A stretch of DNA of 40,000 bases, from positions 184,133-224,132 of the forward strand of contig CAVSMM010000015.1 of the NCBI GenBank assembly GCA_963729165.1, given 5' to 3'. The translations under genes were made by a program, and so were the position numbers. Positions 12,145 through 20,410 of this stretch are shown in pieces (positions within the stretch are counted from its first letter, which is position 1; each line of letters starts with the position of its first letter). Under the pieces are notes generated by a model that was not told where the DNA came from, ran no database searches, and was given only the letters and a program-made list of their open reading frames with translations. This DNA is from an uncultured beta proteobacterium (lineage in GTDB: Bacteria > Pseudomonadota > Gammaproteobacteria > Burkholderiales > Burkholderiaceae_F).

Positions 12145-12300
12145 GTAAACGCTTCACTTGATGTTCGCTCAACTCGCTCGATCGAGCACGACGAGCACAA
12201 GCAAGCCGTCTTGAGTTGATGCAAGCCACCTCTCTTTTTTAGGTTTGGCGACGCGGCTTCACCGCGTCGCCACCTGAGCGAACTCAAGCGAAGCGTTTAC
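12145..12300 (+). other. 23S intervening sequence in helix 45
   Basis: Between CCGAAGCTGCGGAT and GTGGTAGGGGAGCGTTCTGTAAGCC there is a block of about 156 nt where E. coli has about 25 nt. It is closed by the stem GTAAACGCTTCACTTGATGTTCGCTCA / TGAGCGAACTCAAGCGAAGCGTTTAC. Confidence 0.8.
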
Positions 12301-12998
12301 GTGGTAGGGGAGCGTTCTGTAAGCCTGCGAAGGTGGCTCGAGAGGGCTGCTGGAGGTATCAGAAGTGCGAATGCTGACATGAGTAGCGTTAAAGGGGGTG
12401 AAAAGCCCCCTCGCCGTAAGCCCAAGGTTTCCTGCTCTACGTTCATCGGAGCAGGGTGAGTCGGCCCCTAAGACGAGGACGAAAGTCGTAGTCGATGGGA
12501 AGCAGGTCAATATTCCTGCACCGATGTCTAATGCGATGGGGGGACGGACTGTTGAAGATCATCCGGGTGTTGGATGTCCCGGTTTCTGATCGTAGGTGGC
12601 CAGTAGGTAAATCCGCTGGCGTATCACCAAGGAAAAGGATCGAGTGGCGTAAGCCGCGAAGTGATTGGAAGTGGTTCCAGGAAAAGCCTCTAAGCTTCAG
12701 TTAGACACGACCGTACCGAAAACCGACACTGGTGGGCGAGCTGAATATGCTCAGGCGCTTGAGAGAACTCGGGAGAAGGAACTCGGCAAATTGACACCGT
12801 AACTTCGGAAGAAGGTGTGCCTTGTTAGCGTGACGGGAGAAACGCCCGAAGCGTGAGAAGGTCTCAGAGAATCGGTGGCTGCGACTGTTTATTAAAAACA
12901 CAGCACTCTGCAAACACGAAAGTGGACGTATAGGGTGTGACGCCTGCCCGGTGCTGGAAGGTTAATTGATGGGGTGCAAGCCCTTGATCGAAGCCCCA

Positions 12999-13080
<82 letters not shown>

Positions 13081-13153
13081 CGATGGCCACACTGTCTCCT
13101 CCCGAGACTCAGCGAAGTTGAAATGTTTGTGATGATGCAATCTACCCGCGGCT

Positions 13154-13185
<32 letters not shown>

Positions 13186-13339
13186 CTTTGCATTGGACTG
13201 TGAACCGATCTGTGTAGGATAGGTGGGAGGCTTTGAAGCGGGGGCGCTAGCTCTCGTGGAGCCAACCTTGAAATACCACCCTGATTTGTTTGCGGCTCTA
13301 ACCTACGCCCGTTATCCGGGCGGGGAACAGTGCATGGTA

Positions 13340-13384
<45 letters not shown>

Positions 13385-13489
13385 TACGAAGGTACGCTAG
13401 GTACGGTCGGAAATCGTACTGATAGTGCATAGGCATAAGCGTGCTTGACTGCGAGACTGACAAGTCGAGCAGGTGCGAAAGCAGGTCTA

Positions 13490-13562
<73 letters not shown>

Positions 13563-13636
13563 ACTGCCCAAGAGTTCATATCGACGGCAGTGTTTGGCAC
13601 CTCGATGTCGGCTCATCTCATCCTGGGGCTGTAGCC

Positions 13637-13669
<33 letters not shown>

Positions 13670-14129
13670 AGGTACGTGAGCTGGGTTTAAAACGTCGTGA
13701 GACAGTTTGGTCCCTATCTGCCGTGGGCGCTGGAAGATTGACGGGGGCTGCTCCTAGTACGAGAGGACCGGAGTGGACGCACCTCTGGTGTACCGGTTGT
13801 CACGCCAGTGGCATCGCCGGGTAGCTACGTGCGGAAAAGATAACCGCTGAAAGCATCTAAGCGGGAAACTTGCCTGAAGATTAATCTTCCCGGAGGCTTG
13901 ACCTCCCTTAAGGGTCGTCCTAGACCAGGACGTTGATAGGCTGGGTGTGGAAGCGCTGTAAGGCGTTGAGCTAACCAGTACTAATTGCCCGTGAGGCTTG
14001 ATCCTATAACCGTGCTGCCTGTCTCAGAATGCTGAGACTCGACACGCAACACAACCACTTTGCTTCTTTCCGAATCAGATCTCTTGTGAGCTGCTGCTCA
14101 GCAGTGGCGAATCAAGAGGTCGTCCGAAT

Positions 14130-14247
14130 TGCCTGACGACCATAGCGAGTTGGAACCACTCCTTCCCATCCCGAACAGGACCGTGAAACGATTCAGCGCC
14201 GATGATAGTTAGATGTATTTCTAGCGAAAGTAGGACATTGTCAGGCT
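14130..14247 (+). rRNA. rrf: 5S ribosomal RNA
   Basis: TGCCTGACGACCATAGCGAG...CCCATCCCGAACAGGACCGTGAAAC...GTAGGACATTGTCAGGCT. Confidence 0.9.
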
Positions 14248-14256
14248 AGCTATTCC

Positions 14257-14295
14257 AAACGCCCCGGCACGCAAGTGTCCGGGGCGTTTGTTTTT
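14257..14295 (+). terminator. rrn operon rho-independent terminator (also abuts the convergent PEP-CTERM gene)
   Basis: 11-bp stem AAACGCCCCGG / CCGGGGCGTTT followed by GTTTTT. The last T is the first base of the reverse-strand stop codon of CDS 14295..15095. Confidence 0.8.
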
Positions 14296-15095
14296 CAGGC
14301 TTGAGTTTGCTGCCCCGGCCGCTGCATCAGTCGCAATGTAAAGAGCCCCGCGAGTAGCAACATAAGAGCGCTCGGCTCTGGGACTGGTGTCGCCCGCTCG
14401 AAGGACACGCTGATGAAAGTACCCACGATATTGGAGTTCGGGTAAGGACCCGGCGGATTACCCAGAAAGCTCGGGTCGCTGATATCGCTAAACAAGTGCG
14501 CGGACCCCGTGCCATTCATCGCCGCCTCCAGCATCAGGTCGTAGCTAATAGTGAGTTGATCAAAGCGTGAGAACGAACTGCGCTCGCCAATGATGTAGTA
14601 GTAGCCACTTTCATTCTCGCCATTCTGCACAAGGGGGCTTGTGAACGCCTGGTGGTTTGTGAAAAAGAACTCAGCATTCGGCGCTGCGACGTCAACGAAC
14701 GAACCGTCGACACTGACCGTCCCCGACCCCGACGTTGTCCACTGTCCGCTTTGAGCGAAGTTAGCGTGGTACAGCCCCCAACCCGGCTTCGCATTCAGCG
14801 TAATTTCACCCGAAATTGACAACTCCGGCGGACCCGCTGATCCGTCGCTGGACACACTAAGGTTTGGATCGAAGAACCATCGCCCGAATCCGAATCGAGA
14901 GACCGGCAAGGTCTGCGAGAACGAATCTGCCTCGTGCGGAAATTTGATGTTTCCCCACAACGCATTGTCATAGGTGACGGAGAAGGCGGCGAATGTTGTC
15001 GAGTCGGTTATCAGAGCCGCCCGCGAGGGAGCAACGCAAATGGCTGCTCCAAGGAGAAGCAAGGCCAGAAAGAAAGATCGCACTGACATTTTCAT
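14295..15095 (-). CDS. PEP-CTERM sorting-domain secreted protein
   Basis: 266 aa. Signal peptide MKMSVRSFFLALLLLGAAICVAPSRA. C-terminal VPEPSALMLLLAGLFTLRLMQRP gives the PEP motif, a TM helix and a basic tail. Confidence 0.8.
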   Translation of the reverse strand: MKMSVRSFFLALLLLGAAICVAPSRAALITDSTTFAAFSVTYDNALWGNIKFPHEADSFSQTLPVSRFGFGRWFFDPNLSVSSDGSAGPPELSISGEITLNAKPGWGLYHANFAQSGQWTTSGSGTVSVDGSFVDVAAPNAEFFFTNHQAFTSPLVQNGENESGYYYIIGERSSFSRFDQLTISYDLMLEAAMNGTGSAHLFSDISDPSFLGNPPGPYPNSNIVGTFISVSFERATPVPEPSALMLLLAGLFTLRLMQRPGQQTQA

Positions 15096-15164
15096 GTTGG
15101 CCGGCCTCTTAAATCATCGGGACAATACGCGTCCTAGCCGTCGGCGAGCACAAATCTGTTTTGG

Positions 15165-15563
15165 TCATTCGAGAAGCCTGCAGGAATCCGGGAGCCCGAT
15201 CCATGGCAGTTTCTTGGAACTGGTCCCTGAGATTGTAGGTACGCCGAAGCTGTCGTCCGAAAAGCAGCCGGCTGCAATGCCGATCAGATGCGGTCGTGCC
15301 GACGCGTACCAGAACAGCGTTGTCCCACAACCGCTGCAGAAATGACGCTCTTCGTCGTAATTTCCTGCCGCGTGATGAAATGCGTAGACGTGCATCTTGC
15401 CGCGGATTTCATTGACGTCCGATCGCAAAAAGTACGCTGACACGCCAAGTGCACTGCCTGTTCGGCGTTTACAGTTCGTGCAATGGCAAACGGCGTGCAA
15501 TCGAGGCTCGCCGTTGACGGAGATGGATGCCAACCCGCAGGCGCAATTCGCAATGCGTGTCAT
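15165..15563 (-). CDS. GFA (glutathione-dependent formaldehyde-activating / CENP-V) family protein
   Basis: 132 aa. CACG..., CHCTNCKRRTG and FCSGCGTTLF cysteine zinc motifs. Confidence 0.8.
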   Translation of the reverse strand: MTRIANCACGLASISVNGEPRLHAVCHCTNCKRRTGSALGVSAYFLRSDVNEIRGKMHVYAFHHAAGNYDEERHFCSGCGTTLFWYASARPHLIGIAAGCFSDDSFGVPTISGTSSKKLPWIGLPDSCRLLE

Positions 15564-15651
15564 GTCACAGCCTTAGTCGCGCGAAGTATTGCCTTTGAGG
15601 GTCCGTATATTCATGGCTTCCCGCTTCCGATTCTGTTCGCCGAGCCATTGC

Positions 15652-15730
15652 TCATAACGGTTCAACATCAGCGGCGGCCGTAGGCAGGCGAAGCCTACCG
15701 GAGGACGTCCGCTCGATGGAGGGGTTAGAC
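15652..15730 (-). repeat. Integron attC site 7 (79 bp)
   Basis: Minus strand reads GTCTAAC (R'') ... imperfect palindrome ... GTTATGA (R'). It lies 55 nt after the stop of CDS 15786..16184. Confidence 0.7.
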
Positions 15731-15785
15731 CTCATGCCGCGCGGCGCCTGCGGACGCACGAGGTGACCGGCCGCGTGTGGTTGCA

Positions 15786-16184
15786 TCACTTTCGGTTCTC
15801 CTCGTACTGCACGGCCCCGTCGACCGGCCGTAGCCACGGCTCGCGGCGCTTGACCCAGAGCTCGTAGCTCGGTACGAGAGGAGTGGGAGCTTCTGAAAGG
15901 GCGCCGAGCTTAACCTCCGCTTCGCGATCATCGAGCGAGAACAGGTGCGACCCGCAGCGAGGACAGAAGTGCTGGCCGTGGAACTCGGATGTTTCGCCTG
16001 TGCTTTCGAACTGATGGGCAGGCCAGACCGCGTAGAACGTAAAGGCCGACCCGCTTTCTCGTCGGCAGTTTGTGCAGTGGCAGATGCCGATGCGCAGTGG
16101 CTCCCCGCGCGCGCAAATCTGCACACGCCCGCAAAGGCATTCACCCGAGAACGACTTCATGCCCGAGGGGAAAGCAGGTTGCAT
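15786..16184 (-). CDS. GFA family protein (cassette-borne)
   Basis: 132 aa. CLCGRV, CHCTNCRRESG and FCPRCGSHLF. The ATG at 16184 is 9 nt inside the cassette boundary. An alternative start is MKSFSGECLCG at 16160. Confidence 0.8.
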   Translation of the reverse strand: MQPAFPSGMKSFSGECLCGRVQICARGEPLRIGICHCTNCRRESGSAFTFYAVWPAHQFESTGETSEFHGQHFCPRCGSHLFSLDDREAEVKLGALSEAPTPLVPSYELWVKRREPWLRPVDGAVQYEENRK

Positions 16185-16187
16185 GGG

Positions 16188-16265
16188 GTCTAACGTTTGA
16201 GCTCAGCCACCTGCGCAGGCTGGCGAAGCCAGCCGTAGCAGGTCGGCAGCGGCGAAGGATTAGGC
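16188..16265 (-). repeat. Integron attC site 6 (78 bp)
   Basis: Minus strand reads GCCTAAT (R'') CCTTC GCCGCTGCCGACCTGCTACGG...GGCTGAGCTC AAAC GTTAGAC (R'). Its internal sequence is closely related to attC site 1. Confidence 0.8.
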
Positions 16266-16651
16266 GGCATTTTTCTTGGTGAGTTCAACTCGAGTGACCA
16301 GGTAAGTCGATACCCACCACGTGTTGCCACCAACATCCACAAAGCCGGCCTGGCGCTCGTTGTACGGCTTGTCGTTTGGCTCGGAAATGCTTCGCGCTCC
16401 CAACTCCAAGGCACGAGCGTAGACGCTATAACGTTGGGCACATAGACGTAGACTAAGCCGACCCAAGCTTTGATGTGCGGCGGCAACTCGCCTGCCTCGA
16501 CCCATAGCAGTGAGTCGCCGATTTTCAGGAGCGTGGGCCCACCCTCGTTTGACTCGATGAACCCGGCGTCAAATGCACCTTGGATGAATGCGGTCAGGCT
16601 GGTGGGCCCGCACAGGTAGGGCCGAACACTGCCAAACCCAACGATGAACAT
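16260..16651 (-). pseudogene. VOC (glyoxalase/bleomycin-resistance/PhnB-like) family protein, one -1 frame break
   Basis: ORF 16190..16651 reads MFIVGFGSVRPYL...IGDSLLWVEA...LVYVYVPNV. It continues in ORF 16260..16505 as SVYARALELGARSISEPNDKPYNERQAGFVDVGGNTWWVST. The break is near 16427-16433. The TAA stop lies inside the attC R'' box. Confidence 0.7.
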
Positions 16652-16666
16652 GCTTCATGGAATGAC

Positions 16667-17164
16667 TCATAGATTTCTCGACAGGTGGTGTGACGCTACT
16701 ACTTGTAGCGCCAACTCTCCGACTAGACGATCGAGAAACCGATCATGCCAGCGTCTGAAGTACGACCGACACCAAACGTCTAGCTTTTGGCGGCACGGAG
16801 CCCGCGTGAATATGCAGCGCAGCCCGCTTAGGCAGGCTAGTGAGCGGGATGGATCTGGTTCCCAAGACAGGCAAGGAGTCTTTGAGTAGATCGAACTGAA
16901 CTTCGATCGCCTCCTTTGAGTCGTGATGCCACTTGACGACAGACGCCTGTTTGCCCTTGCCGTCAGTGGCGCAGTAGCCGGCCCCGCTTTCTGAGAGTCC
17001 CAAGACAGCTTTGCTCGCGGCCGCGACTTGACATTACGAGCACGTGTTCGGCGCCTGCGAACTCGCGCTTCAGGAGACGTTGAACTCGCCTGCCGCGAAT
17101 GCTGGTCATGCCCCTCGCATAAGTCGGTGGCAAGAGACGACAAAGCATCTGCGTCGATAGGCAT
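16667..17164 (-). pseudogene. Hypothetical cassette ORF, coding-like segments spread over three frames
   Basis: MPIDADALSSLATDLCEG (frame of ORF 16667..17173), MTSIRGRRVQRLLKREFAGAEHVLV (ORF 16963..17148) and GAGYCATDGKGKQASVVKWHHDSKEAIEVQFDLLKD (ORF 16743..17003). I recognise no family. Confidence 0.3.
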
Positions 17165-17181
17165 ATTCAGCAACCTCGGAC

Positions 17182-17499
17182 TTAGGCACTCCTCTCGCGG
17201 GCAAGCAACCAGCCCATCAGAAGAAGCAGCAGCGCCAACGAGAAGACCACGATGTTCGCATCCATGCCCAGAACCGGTGGAACTCCGTCCTTGTCGCTCA
17301 GCGCGCCGCCATAGAGGGAGATTGTGGAGGCGCTAAGCCAGAAGCCACCAAAGACGCATAGTCCCAGTATTCCCGCAAGACGTACGCCGAACGCGCTATT
17401 CGCCCTGTGAAGCCAGAGGAAATACAGGGCCAGAATAGCGATGGCGGAAGTCTCGTCCCGAGGAGCCACACCATGTGCATACGCGAGTGAGGGGTCCAC
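17182..17499 (-). CDS. Small hydrophobic (about 3 TM) protein, unknown function
   Basis: 105 aa with a GTG start. Hydrophobic stretches AIAILALYFLWL, GILGLCVFGGFWLSA and IVVFSLALLLLLMGWLLA. Confidence 0.4.
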   Translation of the reverse strand: MDPSLAYAHGVAPRDETSAIAILALYFLWLHRANSAFGVRLAGILGLCVFGGFWLSASTISLYGGALSDKDGVPPVLGMDANIVVFSLALLLLLMGWLLARERSA

Positions 17500-17667
17500 T
17501 CAGCATGAAAGACGTGCGTCTCCGTCAGATCGACGAATGGCGGGAGGACTCCGTAAGATAAGTGTCGCTAAAGTCATCAAGACACGAATCCAACTAGGAT
17601 GGATTTCGCAATGCTCGTCCACAGTGACATGTCCATGTCCGGATGTGAACTGATCCGATGTGAGCGC

Positions 17668-17730
17668 CTACAACGCTTGGAGATAAGCCGGACCGCTGAA
17701 GCGGTAATCGGCTTGAACGAATTGTTAGGC
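17668..17730 (-). repeat. Integron attC site 5 (63 bp)
   Basis: Minus strand reads GCCTAAC (R'') AATTC GTTCAAGCCG...CGGCTTATCTCCAAGC GTTGTAG (R'). Confidence 0.7.
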
Positions 17731-17782
17731 CGACGCCTCTCGCGAGCGAATCCGTTCTGAACTTTTGTTCTCTGAGAACAAC

Positions 17783-17899
17783 TTATGATGGTGGGTGCTT
17801 CCAATACCCTTCCGAGACAACCTTGACGGCGCCGTCGACCACTTTGATTGCCGTCTGGTCGTCAATCGCGTATGCCGGACCGCGATGCCGCTCGCCCAT
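17783..17899 (-). CDS. Very small cassette ORF (38 aa; 44-45 aa if started at 17915 with one frame correction)
   Basis: MGERHRGPAYAIDDQTAIKVVDGAVKVVSEGYWKHPPS. High third-position GC. It is the only coding-like frame in the 305-bp cassette. Confidence 0.3.
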   Translation of the reverse strand: MGERHRGPAYAIDDQTAIKVVDGAVKVVSEGYWKHPPS

Positions 17900-17972
17900 C
17901 CTCTGCGTCGGCCATGGTGTTCTCTGGCAGATCTGGGTGGTCAAGTGCGGGAAGATCAAGAAATCAGTCGAG

Positions 17973-18025
17973 CCCTAACGTGATGTCGTCGCCGGTGACT
18001 GGAGGGCTACGACTCAACGAAGGCC
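17973..18025 (-). repeat. Degenerate attC-like site 4
   Basis: The minus strand ends ...GGCGACGAC ATCAC GTTAGGG (a good R' and spacer). The L boxes GTCGTAGCC / GGCGACGAC pair. The expected R'' (CCCTAAC) reads GGCCTTC. Confidence 0.45.
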
Positions 18026-18961
18026 TCTCCGACACGAGGGCTCATCACCATGCTTCGCGGCGCTCAGTCCCACCCAGACGGTCGCTTCCAGCGAACGCTA
18101 GATCTCTGCTACAGAACGCGGACTGCCGCATCCAGTGACACAGGTACAGGGCGTCACCGCCATTCAAACAAGTATCGGACGTCGCGCTAGCGGACCCAAG
18201 TTCCCCAGCGTTCTCTACCTATGACTGCGGCAGAGCGGTCAGTATCGACGAGCACTCCCAAAGGACTTCCAACCTAAATCGCACATCGAGGCATTGCGCG
18301 TTCTCGTCCACTGATGAACCGCCATGTCCCGGCAGGACTTCCGTGGGGATGCCCTGTACAACGCGGTGGGGATGCAGAGGACGTTGAGAGTCGGCAATCA
18401 GTTTGCCCAGCAGCATCGCACACCAGACGCGTCGCGAATGCTCGCGATCTTGATACCTGCGGATGTGAGAAGAAGTTCACGATGGCTCGGGTGCCTACGT
18501 AGATGTCCGAAGCGCAGCAGGCTTTGATTGCGTGGCATACTCGCCAGCATCAGCGGCGGTCTCGGAGCCCGGCGATGGAAGCCTGACGACGCGAAGCCTG
18601 CTATCTGCCAAAGAGCCAGAAGAAAGACCCATTCCGGACTAGCAGCGGCACGAGCACTGCGCCTTGCTTAATCAGTTGCTCGGCGACTGCTGGCGGTACG
18701 CGCAGCGTCACGCCGGACATACCCTTCCGCAAATCCGAAAGCTTGGCTGCCTATGTACGTAACGACGTATCCGAAGTATTTGCCTATCGGAGCAGTGCCG
18801 TATCGAGCGTTCAAGGCAAGCTTTTTAACAGCCTGCGAAAGAGAGCGTTGCAATGTCTGAATGCGCAGACCTCTCGGCTGCAGACGGCCAATACCTCTTG
18901 GTTGGGACCTTGCTTCAGAAGCTCTCTGGGAGACTTGCGATCATTTGCCTCTCCGCTAGGC

Positions 18962-19017
18962 GCCTAACGGCGGCTCAGCCGCGAGCGCAGCGAGTCCGCT
19001 GCAGCGTGTGGTTAGGC
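18962..19017 (-). repeat. Integron attC site 3 (56 bp)
   Basis: Minus strand reads GCCTAAC (R'') CACAC GCTGCAGCGGACTCGCTGCGCTCGCGGCTGAGCCGCC GTTAGGC (R'). R'' and R' are perfectly complementary. Confidence 0.85.
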
Positions 19018-19449
19018 GTCGCCACGCGCCGTGCCTTGCAACGGCAATTCGCTCACAGGTGCGTCAGCAACAACGCGCCACTGCTTGTCGTTGTCTTGGC
19101 GCCAGTGAACGAGGTAGTTGCCGCGATCTTGGAACGAGCTCATCCCCGGCGGGGAACTGGCGCCCGCTGTGAACCGAAGGGTGTACTTTCCTCGTTCCAC
19201 TGCTATCAAACCGCTAGCATCAACGGTTTGAGTTTTCAGCGTGAATTCCCGCTTCCCCCACGTGACTGCGTTGCGCCAGAAGTCGCGAATGGCGGTCCGG
19301 CCAACGAGCGGCGGGCTATTTGGCGGCATCTGCCACGCGTCTTCCGCAAAGATGGAAACAAGCGAATCGACGTCACCAGCAGCGTACCAACGGACTGCGT
19401 TTGCGTTGTGCCTTTCAATCGTCTGGCGCACGTCATCGAAGTTCGTCAT
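19012..19449 (-). CDS. SnoaL-like / DUF4440 (NTF2-fold) protein, cassette-borne
   Basis: Start placed at the ATG at 19447-19449, preceded by GGAG (MTNFDDVRQTIERHNANAVRWYAAGDVDSLVSIFAEDAW...). The upstream part of ORF 19012..19494 lies inside attC 2. The TAA stop lies inside the R'' box of attC 3. Confidence 0.7.
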   Translation of the reverse strand: MTNFDDVRQTIERHNANAVRWYAAGDVDSLVSIFAEDAWQMPPNSPPLVGRTAIRDFWRNAVTWGKREFTLKTQTVDASGLIAVERGKYTLRFTAGASSPPGMSSFQDRGNYLVHWRQDNDKQWRVVADAPVSELPLQGTARGDA

Positions 19450-19478
19450 GGTGTCTCCGCGGAGGGGGTAATGCGACG

Positions 19479-19538
19479 CTCTAACGTTTGACATTAACGG
19501 CCTGCCGAAGGCAGGTCCGCTTGAAGGAAGGGTTAGAG
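19479..19538 (-). repeat. Integron attC site 2 (60 bp)
   Basis: Minus strand reads CTCTAAC (R'') CCTTC CTTCAAGCGGACCTGCCTTCGGCAGGCCGTTAATGTCAAAC GTTAGAG (R'). Confidence 0.8.
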
Positions 19539-19562
19539 CGCAACACCTTCAGTTCGCGACTG

Positions 19563-20379
19563 TCAGATCTCTATGGTGACGATGTGCGCCTGAATCTTGG
19601 CGTCCACAGCCCCTCGCCCGAACCGTTGGGCCACCGCTCGGCCGCGATGTCGGTGGCTTCGCCGAGCAGCGAGGCGTTGCGCGCCTCGATCTCGTTTCGT
19701 AGTGGTGTCCCCTGGCAGTACGCGATCGCTGGGACCCGGGCAGATTCTGCGCGACTGCGCGCTGCAACCGTGGTGATTTGAGGTGACCCAGTGAGCCCGC
19801 CGTCTGCAAGATCTCGCTTGATGGTCAGAGGGTCCCAATAGCCGTGGGGTGTGCGCCGAGGAAGCGAGGCGGATCATTAGGAAACAGGGATTCGAGTGTC
19901 GTCGTGACGGTGTCCGCGAATTCGTTTTCCTTGATCCGATCCCACGTGTTGAAAATGAAAACGCCCCCCGCCCTGAGCACTCGACGTGCCTCCGAAAACG
20001 CTTTCGGCCTTTCGGGGAAGAACATGACTCCGAACTGGCACACAACCGCGTCAAACGTTTCGTCTTGGAAAGGCAGTTGCATGGCATCCGCCTGACGCCA
20101 CTCCACAGGGCGCTTCGTCCCGAGCGCGGAGGCATGATCTAACATCGGCTGATTCAGATCCGTCGCGACGATGGACACGCCTTGAGGTAACACGGATGCC
20201 AAAGCACGAGTCACGACACCTGTGCCGGCTGCAATTTCGAGCACGCGAGTAAGAGACCTCGAAGCTAGCCGATTCACCAGGTCCGCAGCGTAGGGCTCGA
20301 AGATCAGCGGAACGAGATACATTTCGTAAAGCTTGGCAATTGAGCCACTGAAGACTTTATCGGTATCAGGACTACTCAC
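19563..20379 (-). pseudogene. Class I SAM-dependent methyltransferase (cassette-borne), two -1 frame breaks
   Basis: The N-terminal 184 aa (ORF 19825..20379, GTG start after AGGAG) carry VLEIAAGTGV and the methyltransferase fold. The protein continues as RTPHGYWDPLTIKRDLADGGL...PAIAYCQGTPLRNEIEARNASLLGEATDIAA in a second frame. It ends AVAQRFGRGAVDAKIQAHIVTIEI in a third frame (tail of ORF 19563..20135). Breaks are near 19856 and 19640. Confidence 0.7.
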
Positions 20380-20410
20380 AGTGTTTGCCGCTCCTGCGAT
20401 GCCGTTGCAC

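Noticed and set aside
15096-15164. An eighth attC after the distal GFA gene
   Set aside because: There is no complementary RYYYAAC/GTTRRRY pair, only a short resemblance to the attC core. It is not reported as a feature.
17577-17804. ORF 17577..17804 (75 aa) and the ORF tails translating attC sites (for example ...PPNPSLQPTCYGLRPSHAAELQR and ...PPNPSPLPTCYGWLRQPAQVAELKR)
   Set aside because: These peptides are translations of attC repeats. Their similarity to each other reflects DNA repeat conservation, not a protein family.
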